Positions 39,851 to 53,669 of a stretch of DNA of 64,000 nucleotides are shown here, one piece after another; position 1 is the first letter of the stretch, and each line of letters begins with the position of its first letter. Position numbers and translations under genes: made by a program. Source of the stretch: Octopus sinensis (taxonomy: Eukaryota); assembly GCF_006345805.1 (NCBI RefSeq), contig NC_043011.1, forward strand, positions 49,984,464-50,048,463. Direction: 5' to 3'. The notes beneath the pieces are model-generated. The model had not been told where the DNA came from, did not search any database, and saw only the letters and a program-made list of their open reading frames with translations.

Positions 39851-40664
39851 GAGTACAAATATAGTAATGCACCAGATACTTTAAAATATCAATATAAAAC
39901 GGCTTGCTTAATCACTATGGTAGTATCTCTTATTATATATATTATAATATATAAATATATAAACTAGAAGTGTTGTCTCATATGTAAAACCGGCTTAAGA
40001 TATATTTTTAAATTGGGTAAAGATTAGTGAAACAGAATAAAAAATAAACGGAAATGCACAAATATATACAAAAATTTTTAGTAGTTTTACATTTTGTATA
40101 GTGAGTCTTGAAAATAATAGAATGCTTATGAGTAATGAGTAAATCGTGTGGTTTCTTAAGAGTGTTGGAAGGCGAAAGGATTGATGCATACAACGTTAGC
40201 AATATTGACGCAACGAAAGAGAAAAGACGTTGGGAAGATAAACAAACAGGAACGCACGAATATGAAAAACAGGACGAAATAAATGGAAACATGTTTGGCC
40301 ATTTGAATACATATAAATGCACGAATGTGCTTATGGGTTTGTTCAAATATTTCCTTTCTAATGTTTGCGTATTGATATACATATAGATGCACTCGCGTTT
40401 AGGTGTAAATATTACGAGGTGGACATATACTTCACATACACACAAACATAGAGATTTAAGTGGGAAAAGATACATACATATACACAGACATCATATACGA
40501 GTGTAAACATTCACCAATAAATATAATTCACGTACGCGCCATTGAAGCTAGGGTAACAAAGCACAGTAGTAGACTACGATATAACAAGTTTGATCCAAGT
40601 ACGTTTTTTCTTCATTAAATAACTCTTCGCGACGAGCTCCATTAACTTCAGATTTTATAAGTGA

Positions 40665-41060
40665 CTAGCAGTATCGCCCGGCGTTGCTCGGGTTTGTAAG
40701 GGAAATAACTATATAAGCATTTTTAGAGATGTAAAGTATAATAGCCATCTCAATATGGCTAACCTCAAAGGAGGGGGTGTTACTGTAGTTTTTTACGTTC
40801 TGAGATTTAAAATTACATTTTTAGAGAGTTACTTCCCTTATATAATAGCAACAAAATGCATTAAAAATGGGGGAAAATGATGGAAAAATTTTTTTTTAAT
40901 CGTAGACTCATCGTAGACGCGCGCTAATACCCAGAAGCGCTCGATATGAATCACGACTATAAGATACCCGAATATGGTTAAACTGCACCGAAAATGTGGG
41001 AGTAGTTAGGAATCTAAATCGTAGGAGACAGACACACAACTTCACTTTTATATATAAAGA
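40665..41060 (-). mobile_element. Non-autonomous Helitron
   Basis: On the minus strand A|TCtttatatataaaagtg ... cccgagcaacgccgggcgatactgCTAG|T. Confidence 0.85.
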
Positions 41061-41419
41061 TATGGTATAGACAGGAACTAAGTACAATTCGGTTTGCCAG
41101 ATTGTAATTTTTAATTCTGAGAAACAAATTTGTGTGTGACGATATGAGCATTGAGGTAACCGTTCCAGGTTCTGAGAAATAGTCAACCATTTTCACCTTA
41201 ATTCAGTAAGACTTTTATACAAGAGAGGGAACGACTGCAATCTCATACATCGAATTTGAGGTATAATTACATCATACCAGACATTAAACACTAAGACATT
41301 TGGACAACCAATTATTCATATATTCAATATATATATATATATATTATATATATAGATATATATGTGTATATATATATATGTATATATATATAATATATAT
41401 GTATATATGCATATATACA

Positions 41420-41832
41420 GGCGAAGGTGTGGCTGTGTGGTAAGTAGCTTGCTTACCAGCCACATGGTTCCGGGTTCAGTCCTACTGCCTGGCACCTTGG
41501 GCAAGTGTCTTCTGCTATAGCCACGGGCCGACCAAAGCCTTGTGAGTGGATTTAGTAGACGGAAACTGAAAGAAGCCCGTCGTATATATGTATATATATA
41601 TATGTATGTGTGTGCGTGTATGTTTGTGTGTCTGTGTTTGTTCCCTTAGCATTGCTTGACAACCGATTCTGGTGTGTTTATGTCCCCGTCACTTAGCGGT
41701 TCGGCAAAAGAGACCAATAGAATAAGTACTGGGCTTACAAAGAATAAGTCCTGGGGTCGAGTTGCTCGATTAAAAAAAAGAGGAGGTGCTCCAGCATGGC
41801 CGCAGTTAAATGACTGAAAAACACGTAAAAGA
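41420..41832 (+). mobile_element. SINE family A, full-length reference copy
   Basis: A-box-like tggctgtgtgg, B-box-like ggttcagtcc, internal (TA/TG)n and conserved tail. Confidence 0.9.
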
Positions 41833-41836
41833 GAGA

Positions 41837-41877
<41 letters not shown>

Positions 41878-41895
41878 GATATATATATATATGTA

Positions 41896-41939
<44 letters not shown>

Positions 41940-41967
41940 TATATATATATTATATATATAATATATA

Positions 41968-42005
<38 letters not shown>

Positions 42006-42582
42006 TATATATGATATATTTATTATAAAAGAGAAATATATATGGATATATATATATAATATATTATATTATATTATATTACATTATATTATATTATACA
42101 CATTCCCAATAATATATATTATATATATATATATATAAAGGTCAATTTACAATAATATGATGTTTGGGATAGCATACATCATAACAACAATAATTTATCT
42201 ACGATATTTTGCCTGTTTCTCTTGTAGATAATATGTAGATAACATTTTATTGGTTATGATTTGATTAGAGAAACGGTCTAGGCGGCAGCGGCGGCGACGG
42301 TGGTTGTGGTAGTGGTAGTGTTGGTGGTGGTTGTGGTTGTGGTGGTGGTGGTGCTGGTGGTGGTGCTGGTGCTGGTGCTGGTGCTGGTGGTGGTGCCGGT
42401 GATGTCCTCGGTTAAGATTGAAGTTGAGTGAGGTCTAAAAGGTCAAGATTTAATAATCTGTCACTGGACATTCAGGCGTGCAGTCGTACTTAGCATTTCA
42501 AACCGTACACTGTACGCACAGTCATATGCAACTAAGCACACGCATAAAACCACATATGCACACACACACACACACACCACAG

Positions 42583-42616
<34 letters not shown>

Positions 42617-42789
42617 ACACACACGCACACACACATATATATATACATACAGAAATATAAGACTTGATCGAAGCTAAGAAATTGGTAGTGACAATCTAGT
42701 GATAATGAATCAAAAAATCGCACACACACACGTAGGTATAGAGATTGATAGATTAATGCATAGACAATACATGCAAAGAGGCATTCACA

Positions 42790-42878
42790 CATGCATAGAT
42801 GGATGGATAGATATATAGATAGGTAGGTAGGTAGGTAGGTAGGTAGGTAGGTAGGTAGGTAGGTAGGTAGGTGGGTAG

Positions 42879-42936
<58 letters not shown>

Positions 42937-43146
42937 GTAGATAGATAGATAGATAGATAGGTAGGTAGGTAGGTAGGTAGGTAGGTAGGTAGGTAGAGAT
43001 AGATAGATAGATAGATAGATAGGTAGGTAGGTAGGTAGGTAGGTAGGTAGGTAAGTGGGTAGAGATAGATAGATAGATAGATAGATAGGTAGGTAGGTAG
43101 GTAGGTAGGTAGGTAGGTAGGTAGGTAGAGATAGATAGATAGATAA

Positions 43147-43182
<36 letters not shown>

Positions 43183-43390
43183 GTAGGTAGGTAGGTAGGT
43201 AGGTAGGTAGGTAGGTAGGTAAGTGGGTAGAGATAGATAGATAGATAGATAGATAGGTAGGTAGGTAGGTAGGTAGGTAGGTAGGTAGGTAGGTAGGTAG
43301 GTAGGTAGGTAGGTAGGTAGGTATGTAGGTGGGTAGAGATAGATAGATGGATAGATAGGTAGGTAGGTAGGTAGGTAGGTAGGTAGGTAG

Positions 43391-43446
<56 letters not shown>

Positions 43447-43528
43447 GGATGGATAGATGAATAGATAGATAGAGAGATAAATAGATAGATAGATTGATAG
43501 ATAGATAGGTAGGTAGGTAGGTAGGTAG

Positions 43529-43591
<63 letters not shown>

Positions 43592-43700
43592 CAGATTAGA
43601 TAGATAGATAGATGGATGGATGGATGAATGAATAGATGGATAGGTAGGTAGGTAGGTAGGTAGGTAGGTAGGTTGGTAGGGAGTGAGGTAGGTAAGTAGA
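42790..43700. repeat. ~900-bp (TAGA)n/(TAGG)n array with alternating higher-order blocks
   Basis: Direct reading; accounts for most of the 463-aa ORF. Confidence 0.95.
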
Positions 43701-43989
43701 GGAGAAAGAGATAGAAAGAAAGGTAAGTTTAGCGATGGGAGAAAGGGAGACTCAGATGTAGATTTAGTGAGACATTGATAGACACGCCCACACACTCTCA
43801 GACAGAGACAGACAGCCATGACAGATAGGTAAATACACAAACATACAAACAAACATGCTGACAAACACACACAGGTAGATAGGTAAAAGAGAAACCGTGA
43901 GAAATTGATTGATTGATAGCCGGAGAGGACTAGGAGAGAGGCATTGACAAGATGAGTGCCAATGAAAAGAGAAGAGATTATGGCAAATT

Positions 43990-44310
43990 GAAAGGAAATG
44001 TAATTCAGTGCTGAAACAAGGCCATCCCATAAAACGGCATATGGCTTCCGAAAGAGCGATATTCCTCCAAGGAAGTAATGTTCATATGATAACGCATGTG
44101 AATGCAATGAACGGAAAACAACGGCGATTTTCGAACACATAGACTGGCTGTTGCCGTCGTACTTTGGTCTACTCACTGCTTCTCGGTTGCTGGTGATGGT
44201 GTTGGTATTGGTGGTGGTGATGGTGTTGACTGTTGTGGTGGTGCTGGTGGTGGTGGTGATGATGGTGTTCCCGGGAAGATGCTGGCAGAGTTTTTAGACT
44301 GACAATTGCA
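43990..44310 (-). other. Possible exon(s): Pro/Thr-rich segment plus MAM-like fragment
   Basis: ttgtcag acceptor, SKNSASIFPGTPSSPPPPAPP...EK, then a gtgagt donor near 44177; downstream frames give KSPLFSVHCIHMRYHMNITSL and GGISLFRKPYAVLWDG. Confidence 0.3.
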
Positions 44311-44910
44311 TTTATAAACTAAGTTTGTTAGTGAAGATTGTCTGTTAGATTACGTTTGAGCGTAAGTGTATCTCTTTCCTCTTAAATATATATATATATA
44401 TCGTAAATATATATATATCCGTAAATATAAGAGAGTTAACGCATGCATATGTGCTTGTGTATGAGTGTGTGTCTTTCTCTCTCTCTCTCACTGTCTCTCT
44501 CTCTCTCTGATATATATATATATATTTACGGATAAATATGTATCGGCTCCCTGGTTTGTTATGTGCTAGGTCGCTTGGTGTTAAACCAATGGTATTATTA
44601 AATTAATATCTAATTTTTCACCCTCATTTTTATATATATATATGTGTGTGCGGTGTGTGGGGGGGGTGTGGGGGGCATGTATGTATGCATACATGTATGC
44701 ATGTGTATATATGGAAAAGCATATGAATATAAATAGATATATACGTACATATATAAGTGTATGTGTGTGTATATATAATATGTATATATATATATACACA
44801 CAAACACACACACACACATATATATATATTATATACGCTTGTATGTAATATATTAATCCACGTGTGTGTGCATATGCTTTCATATATAAAAAAACATGTG
44901 TTTTTATAGA

Positions 44911-44961
<51 letters not shown>

Positions 44962-45278
44962 ATATATGTATATTATATGTGTGTATGTATGTATAGAAAC
45001 ACACCCCATATATTTATACATAAACACACATGCACGTATATATATACACATATATATATATATTCAGACAAACCCTATCATACATACGCACACACACATA
45101 TGTGTCTATGTGTGTGTGTATATATGTACGTACGTATGTATGCATGTATGTATGTATGTATATATGTATGCATGTAACTATGTATATGTTTGTAAAAGCA
45201 TACATGGTTAAACTTGAAGAATTCTGTTCGGAAGTTACTGCTCCTCGCCTTATGACAAAGAAAGTACTGACAGCCTAC

Positions 45279-45352
45279 CTGCCGTACAGACATGCATTGT
45301 TGATATTTATATATCATGGCGAATTCTGCATCGATAACATATAACAGGAAGA
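45279..45352 (-). CDS. Candidate internal exon (FLLYVIDAEFAMIYKYQQCMSVRQ)
   Basis: tttgatccag acceptor, cag|gtaggc donor, open 74-bp frame in a unique island. Confidence 0.3.
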
Positions 45353-45930
45353 CTGGATCAAATACACTATATACAAATATCTAAATATAAAGAGATAAAA
45401 AAAAAAAGATGGAAGATGTGTAAGTACAGAGTAGAAATACGTTGATTAGTGAAGAATAGGATGGAAAGAAAAAATTTTAATAATGAGTAAAACAAACAGA
45501 AAAGGCGAACGAGAGAGACAGAGAGAGGAGAGAGAATGAGAATGACAGAGAGAGAGAATGAGAAAGAGCGAGCGAAAATGAGAAAGTGAAAGAGAGCCGA
45601 GAGGGCGGCAAAGAATGGATTTGATAGAAAGGAAATGTCAGAGTAGAGAGTCGGAAAATGCGAACAGGGTTATTAACGTTAAGCTATGATTTGGTGTAAA
45701 ATATAGTTGATATATCACTTTATATGTGCGTGCGTGCGTGCGTGTATGTATATATGGAAGTGTTTCTATACATGCGCTTATTTATGTCTCTATATATAAA
45801 TACATATATTATACATACATACATCCATACATACATACATGATACATACATACATATATAAACTATATATATATATATATATATATATAATAATATATAT
45901 ATATATGCATACATATATTCATACATACAT

Positions 45931-46003
<73 letters not shown>

Positions 46004-46074
46004 GTGCATACATATGCAAATTAGTAAATTATGTTCTCTTTAACCAGAATGTCTTATTCTAATAATATGTAAAT

Positions 46075-46530
46075 TGTATTCACTCCAACGACGCCGTGAA
46101 CGCTACATTATCTGTTGATGTGGAAAATATTCCATCAGCACTGTCCGAATGTTGTTGGCATCACCTTCAAAATGCATCCAAGGCTTGGACCACGTGCCAT
46201 CCGTCCACAACAAAAATCTAAATCGCATCACATAACGACAATACGGCACCAACTATTTCACCTCAATTGGACCCGCTCTCTTCAACATTACACCAGGACA
46301 CGTCAAAAAAGAAAATGACCACACAAAATTCAAGAAGTCTTTGGACAAATTCCTTCAAACAGTACCGGACAAACCACCCACACCCGGATATGTCTCGCCA
46401 AACAATAACTCTCTGCTCGAATGGGCCTTGGTGCCCAAATCCTGAACTGAAAGACTTCGCCAGGTGGTGCTATTAAGTTAGACATGGCCTGGCCCTACTG
46501 GCCAAAACCTTTCTAAGTTATTCTAAGTTA
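46075..46530 (+). mobile_element. CR1/L2-group LINE 3' fragment
   Basis: Across frameshifts: LQRRRERYII..MWKIF, TSIGPALFN, FKKSLDKFLQTVPDKP, NNSLLEW; ends in a short ttctaagtta tandem tail. Confidence 0.7.
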
Positions 46531-46871
46531 TATATATGTGTATATATATATATATATCTACACGAGAAAATTAAGTAAATTAAGCTGTCCTCTTTAACCA
46601 GAAGGGCTTATTCTAATAAGGCAACCCAGTATGTAGTTATTGTTCATGTTGTATTGATGTGAGGTACGTATTAGATCTGAAAATTCTCTTATTCTCTTCA
46701 CCGGGTTATTATATAACAAAACAGAGAGTTTTGGTGTTATTTATTCACTGCTACACTTGTTTCGTTTGCAAAGTTATACATGAATTACAAAGTTATACAT
46801 GAAAGATATACATGCAAGAAATATCTTATCAGATATTCCCGAGACACAGAATCAAGAGGATGATGATGATG

Positions 46872-46941
<70 letters not shown>

Positions 46942-46943
<2 letters not shown>

Positions 46944-47710
46944 TCACCTCTATCTGATATACTAAATAGAACTGGATGCGGATATAAATGTTACGGCAAA
47001 ACGATCAGCCACCTTTTATATATGGATGACCTAAAACTATACGCTGCAAATGACAAACAGCTGGAAACACTATTAAAGACAGTTCATGGATTAACCAAAG
47101 AAATAGATATGAAATTTGGATTAGAAAAATGCGCCAAAGTAACCATGAAAAGAGGAAAACTAGTTAAGAGTAACAACATCACACTAGATAAAACCAATGA
47201 AATAAAAGAATTAGACCAAAGCCAAACTTACAAATACTTAGGAATCCATGAACTAGATAAGACACAACACACACAAATGAAAGAGAAAATAAAAAAAGAA
47301 TATTATAGACGAGTTAGATCAATACTAAAAACGGAGCTCAATGCTAAAAACAAGATAATAGGTATCAACACTTTAGCTGTCCCAGTTATAAGTTACAGCT
47401 ACAATATCCTTAACTGGACACGAAATGAACTGACCAAAATAGATAGGAAACAAGAAAAATAATGACAGGATCTAGGATGCATCACCCAAAATCTGACATA
47501 GAAAGACTATATATACAACGTATAGAAGGGTTAGGGCCTTATACAGCTGGAAAAACTATAAAATAACCACCATAGGACTGCAAAAATATCTACTTCAGAA
47601 GGAAGGAAAACTGATCCAGATAGCGGCAAAACACGAGCAAAACAAAAAACAGTTCTCAGTATTTCAGGAAGCTGACAAATACAAACAAGAAATCATACAC
47701 CTAATAAACA

Positions 47711-47741
<31 letters not shown>

Positions 47742-48787
47742 AAGAAGAAGAAGAAGAAGAAGAAAAGAGAATAGAAAGACGAAGAAGGAAGAAGAGAAGA
47801 AGAAGAAAGAAGAAGAAGAAGAAGAAACAACAAAAGCTATAAACAAATGAAATCAAAAAATAGAACAGCAACGAACCATGATAAAACGATGGCAAGGAAA
47901 GCCCCTTCATGGTAAATACTGGACTAAACTAAACCAAAAGAAATAGACAAAGAAAAATCCCAGCAATGGTTGAGAAGCTCAGGACTCAAAGCAGAAACAG
48001 AGGGATTTTTAATTGCAGCACAAGACCAAAGCCTCCCCACCAGAATTACCAAAAACATATAATGAAAAGAAATATACAAGTAACTGCAGAATATGTGGAG
48101 ATGGACAAGAAACAATAAATCATATTATCTCTAGCTGCCCAGTCCTGGCTAAGAAGGAATATATTCACAGACATGACAGAGTTGGAACCTACATACATTG
48201 GAAGCTATGACAACATTATGGAATAACAACAGAAAAAAGATGGTATAGGCCACACATCAGAAAAGGTCACAAGAAAACGAAGAAAGCAACCATACTCTGG
48301 GATATGCCGATACACACAAATAGAGAAATTAAGGCCAACAGACCAGATATAGTTGTCAGAGATCATGAAGAAAAAAATGCTTTCTAATTGATGTATCAAT
48401 ACCGGCAGATGACAACGTGTCTCTAAAAAAGAAATGGAGAAACTCTCAAAATACAAAGACCTGGAAATAGAGGTAACTAGAATGTGGAATCTGAAAACAG
48501 AAACAATTCCTATCATAGTAGTGCATTAGGCATGATAAAAAAAATTCAGACAAATACATAACAAAAACACCAGGACTTACAAACACATATAACATACAGA
48601 AAATTGCACTACTAGGCACTGCACACATCCTACGCAGAACACTTCCATACAAAACCATCAGAGCATCACAACAAATCACAGCACATACCCAAGGCACACA
48701 GAGCTGCGCTCGGTAGTGAAGTGAAAGCACGCTATAAAAATAAAACTACTGAATAATAATAATAATAATAATACCAATAATAATAAT
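46942..48787 (+). mobile_element. 5'-truncated R4/Dong-type RLE LINE (RT, CCHC, PD-D/ExK endonuclease), frameshifted
   Basis: ISHLLYMDDLKLYA, KFGLEKCAKV, YKYLG, CRICGDGQETINHIISSC, RPDIVV...IDVSIP; (TAA)n on both sides. Confidence 0.9.
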
Positions 48788-49518
48788 GACATTTCATTTT
48801 GCATCTGATGAATTTCTAATAGGTAATTTCCTATGTGTTTATCCATATGTGCCAATTTGTAGTACGTATTACCAAACGAAACATGTGTAACGGTGAACAA
48901 TAATACGAAAAGGTTTTCAAGCATCCTGTTGTTATATAAAAGTAAATACGCATATGTGCTTATGTTATGTGTGTGTGTCTTTTTTTCTCTCTCTCTCTCT
49001 CCTCTCGCTCTCTCTCTCTCTCTCTCACTCTTTGTATATATATATGTCTGTGTGTACATATACATATATATGTACATATATATAAAATTATATATATATA
49101 TCTATATATATATATATATAATATATTATATATATATATATATATTCTATATATATATTATATATACACACGCGTCAGAAATTATTAGCACTTCTCAAAT
49201 TTCTACATTAAATAGGTAAATCAATTAACCTATGAGCTGTTCAAAACGTCTTACGCGATGAAGAAATCTTAGTATGGTGTAATTTCGTCCTTGCGAGGCG
49301 CTACCTATATCTATTAAACAAAAGTAGTAATCTGGTGATTAAAAATGCTGGACAACAGTAAATAATGCAAAAAGACGGGAGTAATAACGACATTAGTTCT
49401 AATAAGAACAGTTAAGCAAGCTGTATTAGTAATAGAACTACAAGATGAGCGGGTTAACGAGATTGACAATACGTCAAGCAGTAGCAGTAACAACAACGAC
49501 AACAACCAGTTCATCGTG

Positions 49519-49606
<88 letters not shown>

Positions 49607-49629
49607 TATATATTATATATATATATATA

Positions 49630-49687
<58 letters not shown>

Positions 49688-49706
49688 TATATATATATAT
49701 ATATAC

Positions 49707-50026
49707 ATGGCGCGTGGCTTAGTTGTTAGGGGCATTCGGCTCATAATCGTAAGTTCGTGAGTTCAATTCCGGCGGCGTGTTGTGTCCTTGAGTAAGACAC
49801 TTTATCTCACGTTGCTCCACTCCACTTAGCTGGCAATAATGAGTAGTACCTGTATTTCAAAGGGCCAGCCTTGTCACACTCTGTGTCGCGCTGAATCTCC
49901 CCGAGAACTACTTAAGGGAACACGTGTTTGTGGAGTGCTCAGCCACTTGCACGTTAATTTCACGAGCAAGCTGTTCCATTCGTCGTATCAGCTGGGACCC
50001 TCGTCATCGCAACCGACGGAGTGCTC
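49707..50026 (+). mobile_element. SINE, family B body with a different tRNA-like head
   Basis: Head ggcgcgtggcttagttgttagg...gagttcaattcc; 3' half colinear with 51170-51360. Confidence 0.75.
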
Positions 50027-50028
50027 CT

Positions 50029-50073
<45 letters not shown>

Positions 50074-50090
50074 TATATTATATATATATA

Positions 50091-50962
50091 TACAGGTTGC
50101 GATGGGTAAATTGTCGCCATTTTATATATTTAATTTCGCATATGCACATGTTTGGGATTTTGTCGACTACACAGTATAGTATGATCAGTTGGACATAGTC
50201 TGTCAGAAAAAAAAGTACCATAATGCAACTCATTCTGCTATGAAATTTGGAAACGACATGCTATGCTGCTTGCTATTCATGCCGAAAGCTCCCATACGAA
50301 CATTTCAGAGTGTTTGGATGTCAATCTGAGGACATGTACCGAGAGTGATAAAAATTAAACATCCAGTCAACATTATGGTTTTTGGAGAGGTCACTAGTCC
50401 TGGCAACGTTATGCCTCAATTCATCTTCGCACACGACTTCAGACTCAACACGGAAGCCTACATCAAATGCCTAGAGGAGGTAATGCTGCCGTGGGTTAAG
50501 AGAGTGGCTGCTGGAAAACCCTATGTCATTCAACAGGGATTTGCACTAGGCCACACAAGAAGGAGAACTCAGTCATGGATGTGAGACAATTTATGAGACC
50601 AAAACACCCTTAACGTCTGGTCACATAACTCCCAAGACTGCAACCACCTTGATTATTATGCGTGTGGGTGCAGTTGAGTGAGAGACCAACAAAACTCCCT
50701 GTAACACCATAGATGAACTGAAGGCAAGGATTATGGCAGCATTCACCAACTGAAAAAGAAGACCGTCTAGAAGAGCTGCGAAAGATTCCAAAATCTTCTG
50801 GAGGCTGAGGCTGAAGCCATTGGCGATTATATTGTATAAATTTACTCTTTAGTATTTCAAGATATTATTATGTAATTTTGGTAAATATAGCTGTTAAAAT
50901 GAGATGTCAGTATTAATTTCTTTTTTGTGTAATTTCGACGACAGCTTATTTACCGCACGCTA
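50091..50962 (+). mobile_element. Tc1/mariner (maT/DD37D-like) transposon remnant
   Basis: KHPVNIMVFGEVTS.G.VMP...YVIQQG...VW..NSQDCNHLDY resembles the DD37D catalytic region; degenerate TIRs bounded by TA. Confidence 0.7.
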
Positions 50963-50977
50963 TATATTGTTACAAAA

Positions 50978-51370
50978 GTGGAGGCGCAATGGCCCAGTGG
51001 TTAGAGCAGCGGACTCGCGGTCATAGGATCGCGGTTTCGATTCCCAGACCGGGCGTTGTGAGTGTTTATTGAGCGAAAACACCTAAAGCTCCACGAGGGT
51101 CCGGCAGGGGATGATGGTGATCCCTGCTGTACTCTTTCACCACAACTTTCTCTCACTCTTACTTCCTGTTTCTGTTGTACCTGTATTTCAAGGGGCCGGC
51201 CTTGTCACTCTCTGTGTCACGCTGAATATCCCCGAGAACTACGTTAAAGGTGCACGTGCCTGTGGAGTGCTCAGCCACTTACACGTTAATTTCACGAGCA
51301 GGCTGTTCCGCTGATTCGGATCAACCGGAACCCTCGTCGTCGTAACCGACGGAGTGCTTCCATCCCATCC
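50978..51370 (+). mobile_element. SINE family B, full length, 12-bp TSD
   Basis: TSD ATTGTTACAAAA at 50966-50977 and 51371-51382; inverted relative to 39452-39850. Confidence 0.9.
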
Positions 51371-51880
51371 ATTGTTACAAAAATTAAATAAAGTTGGAAA
51401 AGCGCAAAAGTATATTTTTGTGAATGTTTTATATTTTTTGTTAAACTGAGTGATTTAAAACATAACCGGTTTCCATGGATCGATCCTATAAAATATTAAA
51501 AACTTGGATACAAACTGTTAACCTCCATTTTGTTTTTCTCATTGACTTCGTAAAATATTCTTTTTAATATTTGATAAGATGGATACATCGAAACCGGTTA
51601 TATTTTGAAGAAAATATTTTAAGAAATATGTTAAACATTCTCTAAATTATACTTTTGTGCCTTTTCCAACTTTATATATGTACATATGTATGCGTGTTAT
51701 ATATATATATATATATATATATATGGCCGCAGCTCTGAGCTGAAACAAAAAAAATTATATATATATATATACTTATTCCATCTGTGTCTTTTGCCGAAAC
51801 GCAAAGTTACGGGGACGTAAACACACCATCGATTGTCAAGCGATGATGGGGGACAAACACAGACACACAAACATAATATT

Positions 51881-51913
<33 letters not shown>

Positions 51914-51984
51914 TTATATATATTATATAATATATAATATATATATTTATATATATAATATACATATATCTCTCTATATATACA

Positions 51985-52142
51985 TAAATCTCTTTTCTCT
52001 CTCTGTGTATCTTTCTGTTGAAGAGCGTAGGCTCGAAACGTTAAAGACTTGTTTTATTTATATTTCCTGAGCGCCATACTAATACAATTTCGTTTGTCTT
52101 CCACCTGCCTTCGTCTTTTGTTTATTTTCATAAAGTTCCCGT

Positions 52143-52145
<3 letters not shown>
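51985..52145 (+). ncRNA. Family H1 repeat with minimal hammerhead-like motif
   Basis: tcttt CTGTTGA a gagc-gtag-gctc GAA acgt T aaaga (52009-52048). Confidence 0.6.
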
Positions 52146-52195
<50 letters not shown>

Positions 52196-52197
<2 letters not shown>

Positions 52198-52330
52198 GAA
52201 GGGCTTCTTTCAGTTTCCGTCTACCAAATCCTCTCACAAGGCTTTGGTCGGCCATGATTATAGTAGAAGACACTTACCCAAAGTGCCAGATAGTGGGACT
52301 GAACCCTGAACCATGTTGTTGGTAAGCAAG
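52196..52330 (-). mobile_element. SINE family A head
   Basis: cgaagggcttctttcagtttccgtctacc...ttggtaagcaagc. Confidence 0.85.
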
Positions 52331-53247
52331 CGAACATTGAGCGGAATACAGTGACCGAGTACATCATTCTTTATATATGACCGTTACATTAGTTTATCTG
52401 ATGTGGAATGATAAATTGTGAATTTTACCCCATGATATTTGAACTTGAAACACAAGTGATCCTAATTACAATTTACAAGATATTTTGAGAGATATTCGAT
52501 CGCTTAAATTAATAAGAGTTATATGGAGTAGAGAGATATTAAAAATATTTCAATATAATTTTCCTTCAAGCATAAAATAAAAGATACATATTAGAATCCT
52601 TACACTGCGTTGATGACGTATATGTACGTATGTATGTATGCTTATTTCCATACATACATACGTACATATATTATATAAGCTAGTGTATATATATATATAT
52701 ATATATATTTAAATATATATATGTATAAATATGTATATATATATGTGTGTATATATATGTGTGTGTATATGTATATATATATATATAAAAACCCATTCAT
52801 ACGATTATATAATCGTATACATGTATGAGTGTATATATGTATTTTGTATGTATTCATGGATATAGGCATCCTTATTTTTCCATCCATCCATATTGATAGG
52901 CTCCCTCGACACCTCATCAGTTATGTTGTTATTTCCTCTGGCACATGAAGTAACGTTGCAAATTCTAATTTTTATCTCTTGCTTTAAATTAGAAACATTT
53001 TGTTCTTCTTGTATAGAAAACCAATATATCTTCTTTTTTTCTCTCTCAATTTTCTTACCGTTCGTGACTAGAGCGATGAAGCATTGAATAATCAAAGCTG
53101 ATATTTCCTATTAATCACTGATTAATAGATATTATTCCACCAATATTTTTACAGAAAATATTGTAATTCAAGGCATATATAGATAACCTGTTAAAGTGGG
53201 TAAATATCCACACACATATTCCCGCTCTCACAATTCGTGTGTCGTAC

Positions 53248-53344
53248 CTACGGACGTTGCCGATCATGGATCTCCATATTAAAACTGAAAAATTCTTGAT
53301 TTCCCTCGGGTAGCGATACACGAATAGTGTTCCATTGCCTCCAG
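53248..53344 (-). CDS. Candidate exon 5 (PGGNGTLFVYRYPREIKNFSVLIWRSMIGNVR)
   Basis: Weak acceptor aaaactag, donor ag|gtacga, phase 1 to 2, compatible with exon 4; GTLxVY...IW is loosely MAM-like. Confidence 0.3.
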
Positions 53345-53588
53345 CTAGTTTATATAGAGTTTACTTTACTGGTTCCCGTTTCTTCTACGGCCACACTTAA
53401 GGTACATGTCCAAATTTAATCGATAGGCAAGAGCACTGATTCTCATGATATCAAGGCATGTGCACGAACGATTGGGCCTGTGGGATACATTTCTACGTGC
53501 CGTGGGTCGTTTGAGTTCCATAGGTTGTTTCTACAGAGCTATCTTCTGTTAATTGACCGATAATTGAGGTCATTGACAAGTATCATAC

Positions 53589-53669
53589 GCCGGCCAGTGT
53601 AAATCAGAAAATATTTGTAGCTAAAGAGGTTAACTGCATTCTTGATCTCACAAACTGGATACGTACAAC
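53589..53669 (-). CDS. Candidate exon 4 (GCTYPVCEIKNAVNLFSYKYFLIYTGR)
   Basis: catcag acceptor, c|gtatga donor, 81 bp, phase 1 to 1. Confidence 0.3.

Noticed and set aside
41420-41500. tRNA-like sequences with A and B boxes (also at 39780-39850 and 50980-51050)
   Set aside because: They are heads of multi-copy SINEs that continue into SINE bodies with tails and TSDs; no complete cloverleaf is evident.
42290-42455. Thr-rich terminal exon (PHSTSILTEDITGTTTSTS...AAAAA)
   Set aside because: Almost entirely (ACC/AGC)n repeat, which is open in most frames by nature; cannot be distinguished from an intronic microsatellite.
42785-44176. 463-aa ORF, the longest in the track
   Set aside because: About three quarters is translated (TAGA/TAGG)n giving YLSI/YLPT repeats; only the first ~60 codons are unique, and these are treated separately as a possible exon.
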